A stretch of DNA of 64,000 bases from a virus (IMGVR_UViG_3300029288_000001:96001-160000), one strand, 5' to 3'; numbered from the stretch's first letter, positions 22,329 to 34,216 are shown. Program-made: numbers and translations. The notes: generated by a model not told the origin, from the sequence alone.

Positions 22329-22502
22329 TTATTTAAATAATTTTCTTTTCAAAAACAAATTTTTTATACCTTCTACTGGGCAATTCTCTTTGGAACATCC
22401 GTTTGGATTGCCTTTATGATTGCATGTTCCACTGAACAAATTATGGTATGGACAATCCGCTATCTCTAACCCAAAATATTCCGTTTTTTCTTTTTTCGCC
22501 AT
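22329..22502 (-). CDS. 57-aa Cys-rich peptide (paralog 2)
   Basis: MAKKEKTEYFGLEIADCPYHNLFSGTCNHKGNPNGCSKENCPVEGIKNLFLKRKLFK. Confidence 0.7.
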   Translation of the reverse strand: MAKKEKTEYFGLEIADCPYHNLFSGTCNHKGNPNGCSKENCPVEGIKNLFLKRKLFK

Positions 22503-22523
22503 TTTATTTATTCTCCTTTAGTT

Positions 22524-25444
22524 CTAATCGTAGTCCAATTCGGAAATCCCTAGTTTCTTCAGCTCTTCGTAGACCTCTTCGTACCATTCTCGTCTTTCCC
22601 GTAGCTCTTCAATTTCTTTTTTGTTTGTTTCTATGAATTTGTCCATAGTTATAATATTAGACTGGGCTTGTTTTAAATTACCCATCCAGATAATATTCAG
22701 CGCGTTACCTAGTCCGCCATTTTCAAACTGTTTTTTAAGTTGGTCTGGCGCGTTCGAATATAGCTTCACATTATCTACCGTGCCTCGTCTTATCCTATTA
22801 TAATCGGTATTATCTTTTAGATCCTTCTCTATTTGTTCCGTAGCGGATTCTATGCCGTTTTTATAATACCACATTAACTCTCGCACATATCGTTCGTGTT
22901 CGATCGTAACAATACGCTTTACGAACTCTTCCGCTGATTCTTCTATTTCTTCCATTTTAACTTACCTCCTTTATTCTTTAAGGTGCTTCCTGCGGGACTT
23001 AAACCCACATAGAAAGCATGATAGATTAAATATAATAATAAAAAACAATTATTTAGTTTTTAGTTTTTGTTCGCGATACCATTTACCCGCCATTTCGCTA
23101 AAATGGTTCGCTTTCTTCGCGTTCTCGCAGTTTTCTTCCTTGTTTTCTATAAACCCTTCGAAATTATGCCTCTTACATAGCCAACAAAACATCGTTTTTG
23201 GTAGATAAAAGTCCTCGTAATAAATACAGTCCATACATTTTGGTGAACATTTTATGGTCGGATGCTTACCGCACTCACACGAAAGCGTGAATTCTGGTGC
23301 TTCTTCCACATAAATATGTCCACATACTTCGCAAACCTTATATTCGTGCGATCCAAAAAGCTTTATATTCTCTTTACAACATTCCTTCGTTTTATTTTTC
23401 ACCTTCTTTATTAAACCTCTTTTCTAATATAACGCCTAGCTCGTCTTCCAATCTATCGGCGATCTCTTTTAGTTTAACCTTTACTTGCTCGAACGGAACC
23501 TTTACCCGTATCTTATACATTTCCTCGGTGTATATATAGTTATGAAATTCTCGGAAACCATATTTTAGTTTCTTGTCTTTTCTCTTCTTAGTTTTTTTAT
23601 GGGTTCTCCCAATCGTAAGAACGGTGTGAATCTTCGTGGTCTGGTCGTCTATCTTCTTAATATCGATCATTTTTTCGTAATTAAAAGAAGGATTTATATT
23701 CATCTTACCGATCGTTAATCTGGTTTCGTCCAAACTACGGTCGTCCGTTCCCAATCTTCCCATTCCAGCGTCAAAATATTTTCTCATTGTATAAAACTCC
23801 TTTTTTATTTATCGTTCGATATTAGAATAATTGGTGGTTTTTTGGTATCGGTGAGTTTCCGTCTCATCGGTGGGAGAATGAGATCCTCCCCACACCACCT
23901 AAGTTTTGACTCGAAGCCGTCTCAAAACTAGGAAAAAGACGATATTAGAAAAAAATAAAATAAAAAAAAATTAAGATTTGTCGATAATCCACGTATATTC
24001 TAAGTCCTTGCCTTCTAATAGAACTTGCGGTTTATAGCCCAGCTCATAGAGGATCTCCTTAGAAACCTTCTCTCCTGCCATGTGCGAGGTGGGAACATCT
24101 ATCAATTTCACTACGATCACCGTGCCTTTAAAACTATACCCTGCTAGGTATTTTATGTTACTCATTGCCATAGGTTATTCCTCTAACACATCTAATATTT
24201 CTTTCAATTTAGTTAATACATCGCCTTGATCTAGGTCTTTCGTGCCTATCTTCCCGTAGAGGTCGTTTACCAGTTCGGTAGCCTTTTGTTTCTTCTTCTC
24301 GTTCTCGTTGTAGCACTTCTCACAATACACCGAATCGTCCGTAGTCCACGCGCCGTTCACGAAGCATTTCACTATAAAATAATCGTCTCCATCCGTGATA
24401 GGATCGCCACAGATGTCGCAATCGAATAATTGGGTCATTACAACATCCCTCCGATCGTTTTGACTAGCTGGTCTTCGGAGACCTTTCCGAGAATGAAGTC
24501 GTTCAAGCTCTGGTATAACATCAGATCGTCTTCGGGCAACATTTCTATAATCCGCGCGTAGTCTACCGTTTCGATATACTTTTTCTTAGCTATTTCTTCC
24601 ATTTCCTCTTTCATTTCTACTACTCGATCGAAAATATCCATAGTTCTATTCCTCCAACGGTGGTAATTCCACCTCAATTGATTTTAAATAATTCCTTAGT
24701 TTCATAACCCTACCTATCCTCTCCCTCTTCTCCTGCTTATCGTTACGGAAGCCGTAACGAGTAGACGCAAAGAACGTCCATATCCTGAAATCGTTGATCG
24801 CATAGGATGTTAGAATAGCATTACAAAAACAACAAATCACATCTTTTCCTTCTTTTATACCGAAGAAGCCACAGATAGGACAGGTTCCTTCGTCGTCATC
24901 ATCCCAGTCGTCCTCGTCCTCGTCCTCATCGTCGAAATCATCATCATCGTCAAATCCATGCTTGTCGTCCTCGTCCCAGTCGTCATCCTCGTCCTCTTCG
25001 ATAGGTTCTTCTTTCTTTTCTTCTACCATTCTTATACCTCCTTATACTCGCTACATAAATATCCAATTAAATTCCAGAAAGCGTTAAACTTACGATCGCT
25101 TTCGCATTGAAAAATCGTAACGGATAACGCTAAAGAATCCCATACTTTATTGAAAGCCTCGCGATACTTACAGATCTTAAAATATCCGCAAGTAAAACAC
25201 GATCTATCTTTTACTTTTTCCATTTTTATTCCTCCTTTTTAAGTTCTTGAACAGGAAATTTTATGGATACTTCTATTTTATCTATTAATTTGTCTGAGGA
25301 CATACAGGTTACGGAAATGTCTTTAATTGTTCCTTCTCGTATCTTCTTCATAATTACATCGTTCACGATCTTTTCGATGTTTTCCTTTGTTTTATACGCT
25401 AATAACTCTAATTTGTTTTGTTTTTGTTTTGTCATCTTTTCCAT
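22524..25444 (-). CDS. Cluster of hypothetical proteins including a very acidic zinc-finger protein (24646-25029)
   Basis: ORFs 22524-22955, 23049-23390, 23392-23787, 23971-24171, 24175-24438, 24438-24677, 24646-25029, 25032-25223, 25226-25444. Confidence 0.6.
22985..23017 (-). ncRNA. tRNA minihelix-like element 3
   Basis: GCTTTCT AT GTGGG TTTAAGT CCCGC AGGAAGC followed by ACC. Confidence 0.65.
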
Positions 25445-25472
25445 TTTTATTACCTTTTTTATTTTTTATATT

Positions 25473-25506
25473 GCCTCCCGTCGGACTTAAACCAACAATA
25501 GGGGGC
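25473..25506 (-). ncRNA. tRNA minihelix-like element 4
   Basis: GCCCCCT ATT GTTGG TTTAAGT CCGAC GGGAGGC A. Confidence 0.65.
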
Positions 25507-25830
25507 TTGTTAGTTAGATTAAATAAAAAAATGATTTAGAGTTAAGATTATCACCAGCTATCGTGGATGACCACATCGCACTTGGGACAAGCGTAGAGCT
25601 TCATGTCTTCCGAGATCTTCTTGAACTCTTCTTCGTGTTCGTATTCTAAAGTCATTTTTTCGCCGTTCCATTCTCTAGATTTATGACCGCACACGGGACA
25701 TTTCATTTCTTTTTCGCCACCTTCTTTCTAGTGCATTTACTAACATCGATCAACTCAAAAGATACTTGATACCCTTTACAATACCTTCCTTTCAATTGGT
25801 GCATACAATCCTTACATTTTTCGTTCATAG

Positions 25831-28043
25831 TTATAGATTCCTCCTGAAATATTCTAAATCTTCTACTGGAATCGCGATCCGCCCGTGATCAGGACATCTT
25901 CCCGAATGAGGGCACACCGCGTTGGTTTCTTCGCATACTTCGTGGTGGTGCGGTTCCGTATGAAACGACTCTAGAACTCTTCCACACCAGCATTTTGGTT
26001 TCTGTCTCTCCATATTTATTCTACATCCCCGCGTTGTTTAATGGTAAGGGCTATTTGTTTGATTTGTTCGGGATCGTATTGTTCGAACCATTCGCCTTCA
26101 TCGTTCTGCGATTCGCCTCTATCCTCTAAATTATCGAGGAAAGCATCCTTAGAGCCACAGATGTCCTTCTCAATAAGACAGAACGGAGCGCACGGATCGC
26201 CACTGACAGATACGGGTAATGTAGAGTATCCTGGACATTTGTTAGGTAGCATATGAACCTCCATTTTCTTGTAGCGTAAATTAGCGTCTCGACAAAAAAC
26301 ACACTTTCCCATCGCATCAAAGGACATATTTTCGTAGTCTTTCCACTTAGTTTCCCACGATTTCTGGTATAGTTCGCGTCTTCTCTTTACATAACATTCT
26401 GGACATAATTCCATGTTCTCTACGGAGTGGTTCTTACCACATTCATCGCATATTCTATGCGTATCCACGAAGAACAGCTCTCCTTTGTATTCCTTGTTCA
26501 TTATCATTTATTTTACCTCCAATGTGTAATAATACGGTTCTCGGCAGTGGTATTCAACCGCCTTGTTAAGAGCCGCTTGCAACGCTTGTCTATACTTATC
26601 TACATAATCTGGTAACGAGTCCAACACTTCCTCCGCAGAGGCGTCCGCCATCGTGCCGAGGTTCCAGACCGTAAACTTCTTGACCTCTCCGTTAGTACCG
26701 TTTATAGAATAGCTATATATAACGACTGTAAAATCCTGACGGTGGTGGTCTACTACGATCTCGATAATAGGTTTCGAAGTCGCGAATACAGCGTGGACTC
26801 CTTGCGAAAGAGAGCCTCTCCTCGGAGTCCTATACGGTTTCAATGGTTCTCCGTTATCTCCACATATAATCGTAGCGGAACCGGTGTTAGTCGCGCCCCC
26901 GCCTCGTTCTTCCGCGAGAAGACGGAAATAATACTCGAATCCTTCGAGACAATCCACTTCTACCTTGATCGTGGACTCGTCAATCTCAAATGGCGCACTT
27001 ACACAATGCCCTTTGAGCGTCTGCCAAAACCTATCGGTTCTACCGACTGGGAAAGGGGGCATTTTTTCCCCTTTTACGACAATTTGTTTTGTTACCACAA
27101 TATCAACCTCGTTTTCTTATTTTTTATGAAGCCTCCTACTAGGGTAAGCTAGTATAAGGGGGCATGGTTTTTTAAATAAATAAAGGAAAAAACAAGAGTT
27201 AAGATTTCTTTTCTGGTTCTTCCACTATCAATGCTCTTTCAAAACATTTCGCACATACTAAGAATCTTTCGTCCTTTCTAATCTCCTCTTCTAAATGCTT
27301 GGGAACTTCGCGTTCGAAACAGCCTCTTAAACATCTTACTTTCATATTTTACCTCGTTAGTTTATTAAAACATAAAAAAAATTAATTAATTCTTTCTGGT
27401 TTCCTTTTATACTTCTCTTCCACGATCTTAAAACATCCTTCTAGCGAATTGGCTGTGTCCATGTCTCCTTTATACCATAGCGGATACGAAATGACTTCGA
27501 CCATCCGTTTATTATTTAATTTATTTATTATATAATACTGAGCGTCTACCGTCCATAGTCTCATTCCGTGATGAAAGCTTATTTCCAACACATAAACCTT
27601 TCCTTCGCATTCGAACTCTTCCGATACTAATCGTGGATACTCTGCCTTCTCCCACGCTCTGTTTTCGATCTTCAATATTTCCGTTATAATCGCCTTCAAT
27701 TTTGGTATAATACTTTCTTACTATGGAATACCTCGTGATCGATGTCGTAGATGAAATCCTTCTCGAACTCGTAATACTCGTCTTCTTTCATTAAATATAC
27801 CGTGTCGTAGAAACAATCGTCTCGGATAACATTATACCCTCCCGAGAACACTTGTTCCCCGCTATGTCCTGCGGTGATAAACCATCTTCCTTCGCTGTCC
27901 TTTTTAATCATACCGTATTTCTCGATGCCCCTTATCTTTTCGAAGTCCATTCCCGAATCGAACATGAACTTAAAGGAAACGGAACTATCTCTAGAATAGA
28001 TGTCCGTAGCCGTTATAATAACCACTCGTTTCTTATTTTCCAT
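25831..28043 (-). CDS. Hypothetical proteins
   Basis: ORFs 25831-26013, 26016-26507, 26508-27098, 27382-27699, 27696-28043. Confidence 0.6.
27131..27163 (-). ncRNA. tRNA minihelix-like element 5
   Basis: GCCCCCT TAT ACTAG CTTACC CTAGT AGGAGGC. Confidence 0.6.
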
Positions 28044-28044
28044 T

Positions 28045-28656
28045 TTAGATCACCTTTTTATCTTCCTCTATACCATTGTAATTGGAGCTAACATCCTTTA
28101 CCACAACCCCACCTTCAACCTTATATGTCCCTTTGAAGCCCATTCCAGCTTCGTAGTATTTCATTTTGAATTTCAATATTGGAAACTTATTGGACATTTC
28201 CAATATTATCTCGCAGGGAGGACTCCACGCGCTAAGGAAATTGAAATACAGCTCGTCTCCGTGATCCTCGAACTCAACCTCGTCTCCGATGTTCCATTTC
28301 GTTCCCCAATTAGAAAAACACCAATCGTAGCCTCCTAGATTGAATCCGTCCATTGCGTAGCGATACCTAGGTTCTTTCCTTTTCGTATCGTACATCGGTA
28401 GACCGTAAGGAAACAAAAACTCGGTCATTTCTTGGTGTCTAAGAGCTTCAAACCGCCTCTTCTTTGCGGGTCGTTGCCAGAACTTGTCAAACGCCTCGTT
28501 CCATTTCTTCGATCTCTCATCTAAGTCATTGTATATTTGTGGATAAGGTTTGTATTTGTTAAAGTCTATTTCGTCTTGTCCGTTGTAGTTTAAAAAAGCC
28601 TCTAAGTCTTGGCGTTCTCCTACCACACTTAGATTACACTCGCACCAATTTGGCGT
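28045..28656 (-). CDS. DUF1281/YubB ferredoxin-like domain protein, ACG start
   Basis: (M)PNWCECNL N-terminus from ACG at 28656; YDWCFSNWGTKWN, FLSAWSPP, YYEAGMGFKG. Confidence 0.85.
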   Translation of the reverse strand, partial: TPNWCECNLSVVGERQDLEAFLNYNGQDEIDFNKYKPYPQIYNDLDERSKKWNEAFDKFWQRPAKKRRFEALRHQEMTEFLFPYGLPMYDTKRKEPRYRYAMDGFNLGGYDWCFSNWGTKWNIGDEVEFEDHGDELYFNFLSAWSPPCEIILEMSNKFPILKFKMKYYEAGMGFKGTYKVEGGVVVKDVSSNYNGIEEDKKVI

Positions 28657-28657
28657 T

Positions 28658-29699
28658 TTATTTCTCCTCCTTATCTTTTATTACTGTCCATCTCTTAAAA
28701 TCGAACTTCCCCTTCGAAGCACAGCTCTGGTGGGCGTAGTAGGAATTCGCTAACTCGTTCCCAGCCCATTCGTGTATTTGGATAAAATCGTCTTCGTCCT
28801 CTTCTATTTCCGCTTCACACACTTCGCATATTCGATCTCCCATTTAGAACACCCCACCTAATCTCTTTTCTTTCAATATTTCGTATAACTCCGCGATCAA
28901 CTGATCCGCGTGATCGTGTTCTTCTTGGCTTCTAAACCCTTTCTTAATTCCTTCGGCTATTGGTCTTAACCAATCTAATATCTTGTCGTGCTGTTCGTTA
29001 GTGTCCATGTATTCGTTGCATATTCCCGCGAGATATATAACATCCACATGTCCTATGTGCTTAGACATATCAGAAAACATCTTACACACATCTTTATGGA
29101 TACATTGACTACAAAGACATCTCTTTTCCACCATTTTACACGCCACCTTCCTCGAAATATATCTTCTTTAGATTGGCAATATCATCTGGTAGAGGTGTAT
29201 CACTATAATCATTACTACTATCGTGGGTTTCCAAATTACAGATAACTTTCCATAACTTATCTAAATTCTCTGGTCTCATTCCCATTTTTATTACCTCTTT
29301 ATTTTTGAACGGTGTTTTTGATTTAAACAAGGTTTAACCTAGACGCAACACCAAACCTTGAGAACTAATATTAGAAAAAAATTAAAAGTCCAAGATATGA
29401 GCTAATCGTTTCTTCATTTCCTCTTCCGACATATACGAACAATCGTCTTCTGGTCGATCTAAGAGAGTATCCACGAACAAGAACGCGCGGTGTGGCGATA
29501 CTTTTATTACTTGTTTTATCTTTTCGTGATCGGTGTCCACGATCTCGCAGTAGAGCCAATTACTTCGGAAGCGAATGTAGAGCTTATACCATATAACGAT
29601 ACCGTTAGAGAACTCTTCCTTAGCCTCCGCATCCCACTGGGACGGATACGATACGCCTTTATTTTCCAGCTTCGTTATTTTTAATTTATAATTAATCAT
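28658..29699 (-). CDS. Small hypothetical proteins
   Basis: ORFs 28658-28843, 28844-29146, 29136-29330, 29382-29699. Confidence 0.55.
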
Positions 29700-29730
29700 T
29701 TTATCTTTACCATTTTTATTTTAATTGATC

Positions 29731-29765
29731 GCTCCCAGCAGGACTTAAACCCGCGTGAAAGGAGC
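29731..29765 (-). ncRNA. tRNA minihelix-like element 6
   Basis: GCTCCTT TCAC GCGGG TTTAAGT CCTGC TGGGAGC. Confidence 0.6.
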
Positions 29766-29830
29766 ATACTAGTAAGTAAAATAAAAAAAAAAAGAATTAG
29801 ATTTTACGGTTGAAACCGCTAAATATCTTC

Positions 29831-31093
29831 CTATAATTGTTCTAAATCCCCTATGGGAACGACTTTCCGTTTGCTCGGACTCGAACTCCTCTCTGTTTTT
29901 GAGCGAGCGACTTCAATGAAATCCTCAGGGTTCTCCTTGGGTTGGATCGATTGCTCGAACTGTTCTGGCTTGTCGATGATTCTCTGGGCGATCTCGTTGT
30001 AGGCTTCCCTCTCCACTAATGTTTGCGCCTCTTTAGAGGCTTTCATATTCGCGCACGCGATTCCAAAGACATTTTTGGGATACCCTTGCGTCTCTATGAT
30101 CTCGATTAGCTTATCCGTCTTTTCTTGGCTGATGTTAAGAGAAGCCCGTAAGTCGTATTGTTCAAAATCCTTAAGCTCTAACCACTGTTCGGTCGCTAAT
30201 CGTTGGAATCGAGCGTCAAACTCCTTCGTCTTTCCCAGCACCTGATTGATTACATATTTGATCTTGCGATCGAGAGAGGCTTTCCCTCCTATGTGGGGGA
30301 TGTTCGCCATCGTTTGTCGCGTGGTTCCGATCACGCCAATCTTCAAGCTCGGAATGTAGATCACCGAACCAATTCGAAGCGAACTAAATTTGAACTCGGA
30401 GTTAATAAGATATACTCCGCACACGGTAAGATCGGACTCTGAATTAATGTCCTTCCTGCGGACATAATCGATCTCTGAGTGGAGCGCGTCAGCGTGGGCT
30501 TCTAAGAAATCAAGCTCGATTTTAAGCTCCTCGAAAGACTTCTTCACATCAGTAAAGGCTTCGAAGTCGCTAATATGGGTAAAGAACTCCGTTGTGAACG
30601 CGCGAAAAGAACCTTCTTTAGTAAAGCTGTCATAAACCTCGTGGGCTATGATTGGCTTTGTTCTGGTATTTTCCGTCCTTCTAAATCGCCACACATCCTT
30701 CACGATTTGATTATATCGTTCTATATTGTCGTGTCGGTCTACCTTCACTTTTACTTCTTTACCATCAACCACCTGAACCGCGTATGGGTTCAAGAGTTGA
30801 TCGATCGCAACGGAAGATTGGATCAGTTTGGTAGTGTCGCCTATCCCTAAGAAACTATTAAGATGGGACACAGCGAAGTATGGTGCGGGTTTGGTGCGTT
30901 TCGATTCGTTTTCCAGCTCAACGGTTAAAGGATACACGTCAAGACTGGCATCGTAGCTAAAGTACGGAGGTTTAAGACATTTCTTCCTCAGCACTATTCT
31001 ATCCTCGAGGTCTTTTAAAATATCAGCCTCCGAAGGATAGTGGTTGGTGCGCTCCATTAAAGGAGCGACTTGGGCAAATATATTATTAGCCAT
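29831..31093 (-). CDS. DUF932-like protein
   Basis: FRAFTTEFFTHISDFE...CGVYLINSEFKFSSLRIGSVIY resembles the DUF932 core; disordered tail ending DLEQL. Confidence 0.5.
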   Translation of the reverse strand: MANNIFAQVAPLMERTNHYPSEADILKDLEDRIVLRKKCLKPPYFSYDASLDVYPLTVELENESKRTKPAPYFAVSHLNSFLGIGDTTKLIQSSVAIDQLLNPYAVQVVDGKEVKVKVDRHDNIERYNQIVKDVWRFRRTENTRTKPIIAHEVYDSFTKEGSFRAFTTEFFTHISDFEAFTDVKKSFEELKIELDFLEAHADALHSEIDYVRRKDINSESDLTVCGVYLINSEFKFSSLRIGSVIYIPSLKIGVIGTTRQTMANIPHIGGKASLDRKIKYVINQVLGKTKEFDARFQRLATEQWLELKDFEQYDLRASLNISQEKTDKLIEIIETQGYPKNVFGIACANMKASKEAQTLVEREAYNEIAQRIIDKPEQFEQSIQPKENPEDFIEVARSKTERSSSPSKRKVVPIGDLEQL

Positions 31094-31150
31094 AACTTTT
31101 ATCCTCTTTTGTTTTCATTATTTTTTTTAACTATTAGTAATAGATTATTA

Positions 31151-31200
31151 ATTTCTATATAAATATATCTTTTATTGTAATTTGTCGTTAATTGTCGTTT
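31151..31200 (-). promoter_or_regulatory. Promoter with phased AACGACAA boxes
   Basis: TTGTCGTT at 31182 and 31192; minus-strand TTTATATAG downstream. Confidence 0.55.
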
Positions 31201-31819
31201 TAAACGATAAAATATAAAAAAAAGAGTTTTTAATATTTCTTTTCATCTATTATTTCAATGGTTATTTTAAAAGGTTTCGCGCTTTCCTTGTTGTGATCTT
31301 CCACGAAATCGATCACCTTGTCGGCTTTGTCTTCTTCGTTGTGTTCTATTTCAACGACTCGAAGCGGGGGAAATTCTCCTAAATAATCTGGTAATTTATA
31401 GTCCTTATACCCAGTAATAATTCCTTTAAATGTAATCTTTTTGGTTCCACTCATATTCTTGCCTTCATTCTTTTAACGGTTCTAAGTCCGAAGCGTCAGC
31501 GTGGATCTCTTTCTTCACGGTGCGAATCTGGATGTCTTTCAAGAACGATGTCCACTCGCCTATCTTCTTGTTCGCTAGCGTATCCATCTTGTTTATGTTC
31601 TCGAACACATCGCCTTCCGCCAGCTTCTCTAACATAGGTAGAACATCGCGGTAATTATCCTTCCGTAAGGAAATGTATAATACGGGCTTCTCGTTTTCGT
31701 CTCGTATTTCGATACCCATTTCGAAGTCTTGGGGGGCGATTGATATTATAGGATATGCCGCTCGCACGAAGTCTTTAAGTTGAGGGGCGGTTTCCCGCGT
31801 GAATATTCCTACGAGCATA

Positions 31820-31966
31820 TTACTTGCACACCCCGTTAAATCCGCATACGCCCTTGTGGGCATCCCCTAGCTTACTCATTAACTCCTCTAACTCGGGTGC
31901 TTCGCCTTCTGAAAATAACACGACCTTGTCCCCGTCTTCGCTAATCCAAAACTCGATCTCTTCCAT
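31820..31966 (-). CDS. 48-aa DUF2997-like peptide
   Basis: MEEIEFWISEDGDKVVLFSEGEAPELEELMSKLGDAHKGVCGFNGVCK, translated by hand. Confidence 0.5.
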   Translation of the reverse strand: MEEIEFWISEDGDKVVLFSEGEAPELEELMSKLGDAHKGVCGFNGVCK

Positions 31967-31975
31967 ATCGATTAT

Positions 31976-32167
31976 CTACCTCTTTATCGCGTTGTTTTGC
32001 GTGGTCGTTTGGTAGAACTCGGGCTTCTTATCAGTCTTTACTGCGGTGCCAAGCTTTTGGATTATCGCTTCGGTCTCTTTGATACACGCCGAGCCTTTAT
32101 GTCCTTCCGTTTCAACGCTTATTACATCGCCCGTTTCTTCGTTAAAATTAACAATTATCTTTGGTAT
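31976..32167 (-). CDS. DUF2997 family protein, ATA start
   Basis: (M)PKIIVNFNEETGDVISVETEGHKGSACIKETEAIIQKLG..KKPEFYQ; GAGGTGG RBS; no NTG codon in frame; follows the DUF1257 gene. Confidence 0.8.
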   Translation of the reverse strand: MPKIIVNFNEETGDVISVETEGHKGSACIKETEAIIQKLGTAVKTDKKPEFYQTTTQNNAIKR

Positions 32168-32178
32168 AGTTTACCACC

Positions 32179-32553
32179 TCAATATTTTATCATTACAAGT
32201 TGTTTCTTTCCGTTCGATTGGAGCATATAGCCCTTCTTCTTCGCCTCGGTGATAATGAGCGTATTGTTATATTCCCGCTTAAACTGCGCGATTAACTCTC
32301 TCGAGTTCCGCACTATGAACGGGTCGCACACAATATCGTAAGTGCCAGCTTCGTTCTTCACGAAACCAATATCGTAATTACCACCTACCTTCGATTTTAC
32401 CGCAATATTGACCATTTGGGTTTGACCTCCGTAGCCTCGAATGGTAGTGTTGTAAGCTACCTCCATCTTCAAATTCGCAAGAGCTTTGTTAATATATTCC
32501 AGACTCTTGAGCATACATTTTACGGTAGTCATGTGGCTCATATTATTCGTCAT
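32179..32553 (-). CDS. DUF1257 (Ycf35-like) protein
   Basis: MSHMTTVK...IRGYGG...YDIGFVKN..GTYDIVCD. Confidence 0.85.
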   Translation of the reverse strand: MTNNMSHMTTVKCMLKSLEYINKALANLKMEVAYNTTIRGYGGQTQMVNIAVKSKVGGNYDIGFVKNEAGTYDIVCDPFIVRNSRELIAQFKREYNNTLIITEAKKKGYMLQSNGKKQLVMIKY

Positions 32554-34216
32554 CCCCCTCTACATTGATTTTTCTTCCTTTTTTGGGCATTTCGACGTTA
32601 AAATAATCCTTTGTCTCTTCTATCTTGGAACTCGCGAACCGCGCTTTTTCCGTAGCATATTTGCGATTGAAGTCGATCTTATCCTTTGCCGTCACGCTTA
32701 ACGGTCGGAACTCTCGCAAGGATTTAACGAGGTCTTCTTGTTCAAGCTCGTTCCTGCCATCCGCGTAGTACCTTCGTATAGCTTCGCAGATCCGTTTCTC
32801 TACTTCTGAGCCGGAGAACTCCTTGCCCTTCTCTGAGCTATATTTTACCAGCTCTTCAATATCGAACTTCTTAGGATCGCATTTATACTTCCGCAATTGA
32901 ATGTTCCAAATCTCTCTCAGCTCGTTGGCGTTTGGGAGATCGACAAACCAGATGTCGTCAAACCGTCTAAAAAGCTCGGGAAATTTCCTCTCGATTAGCT
33001 GGATGTCGTTCGCGGTTGCCGCCCAGTAGATCGGGTCGGGACATTCTTGCATAAAAGTGAGCTGTTCTCCGAGAAGTCTTTTAGAAGTTCCTCCGTCCAG
33101 CTCTCCTCCTTCGCCCATCGCCTTGTCGATCTCATCCACGAGCACGACTACGGGAGATATAGCTCGTATGGTCTTGAACGCGATTCGTTGGTTGCTTTCG
33201 GATTCCCCTACGATCCCTCCGAGGAGAGCGGCATAGTTAAGCCTCAACAAAGGAAGCCCTACCTCCGTCGCGATCACCTTCGCGGAGAGCGATTTACCAC
33301 ATCCCGTCTGACCGAAAATAAGAACTCCCTTCGGAGGGGGAATGTCGTGCTTCCGCGCATCAATACTGAACGCGCGTTTCATCCGTAGAATGCTCGTTTT
33401 AAGAAGATCGAGACCTCCAAGCGATTGTATGCTTAAACTCGATGTGTCGTAGAACTCTAACGCTTGGTGTGCCATTTTCTTGATCTCCTCTTCTTTCGCC
33501 TTGATAATGAACGAAGGATTGAACCCTTGAAAGGAGATGTAGCTCTCCATCAATTTGGTTCGCATTATCTCCTCGGGAAGACCAGATAACGACCGTATTA
33601 CGGCTTCTCTCTCTCCGTTCTTGAGCGTGACCACGAGATTACCTCTTTTGAGATTGGCGATCACACCATCAACTATAAACTCGGTCTCGGCGGTGTCAGG
33701 AAACGGATAGTCTACTACTGAAATATCGCTTCTCAAACTCGGAGGCACGACTAAATTTGGAGCTATCAAAATCGCGCTCGAACCAGACCGCCTCAGAAAG
33801 AACGCGAGTTCCCTCAAGGCGCGTTGAACTTGGTTGTCGTTCTGGAGAATCTGATCTAAATCGTTAAAGAAAAATATACAACGGTCTTCCGTCTTGATCG
33901 TCCGCACCTTCTCCATAGCATTGGTAGCGGTTAAAGTGTTCTCATCAAACTTATTGAAGCTCGAAGCTAACGCCATCTCCCAAGTCGTGATCTTGTCTTC
34001 TTTTATTATTTCACGTAATCCCCGCGTTTGGCTCCAGACAAAATACCTGCGGGGTTCAAACCCGTCTTCCTTGTCCAGAACTTCAAATCCTTTTATAACA
34101 TTAGTCATAACCCGCACTTCCTCGGGACTAATAATAAAGTTCAATGGAACTTTAGCTCGAACGCGAGTCCTGACCATTTTTACAGTAGGATTAATAAACT
34201 CGTTATTTGTTGCCAT
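32543..34216 (-). CDS. Ycf46-like AAA+ ATPase
   Basis: PPPKGVLIFGQTGCGKSL (Walker A), VVLVDEIDK (Walker B), ATAND...PELFRRFD; degenerate N-terminal AAA domain. Confidence 0.92.
   Translation of the reverse strand: MATNNEFINPTVKMVRTRVRAKVPLNFIISPEEVRVMTNVIKGFEVLDKEDGFEPRRYFVWSQTRGLREIIKEDKITTWEMALASSFNKFDENTLTATNAMEKVRTIKTEDRCIFFFNDLDQILQNDNQVQRALRELAFFLRRSGSSAILIAPNLVVPPSLRSDISVVDYPFPDTAETEFIVDGVIANLKRGNLVVTLKNGEREAVIRSLSGLPEEIMRTKLMESYISFQGFNPSFIIKAKEEEIKKMAHQALEFYDTSSLSIQSLGGLDLLKTSILRMKRAFSIDARKHDIPPPKGVLIFGQTGCGKSLSAKVIATEVGLPLLRLNYAALLGGIVGESESNQRIAFKTIRAISPVVVLVDEIDKAMGEGGELDGGTSKRLLGEQLTFMQECPDPIYWAATANDIQLIERKFPELFRRFDDIWFVDLPNANELREIWNIQLRKYKCDPKKFDIEELVKYSSEKGKEFSGSEVEKRICEAIRRYYADGRNELEQEDLVKSLREFRPLSVTAKDKIDFNRKYATEKARFASSKIEETKDYFNVEMPKKGRKINVEGDDE

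Noticed and set aside
23845-23935. GC-rich intergenic hairpins
   Set aside because: Do not fit the minihelix consensus and no second copy was found
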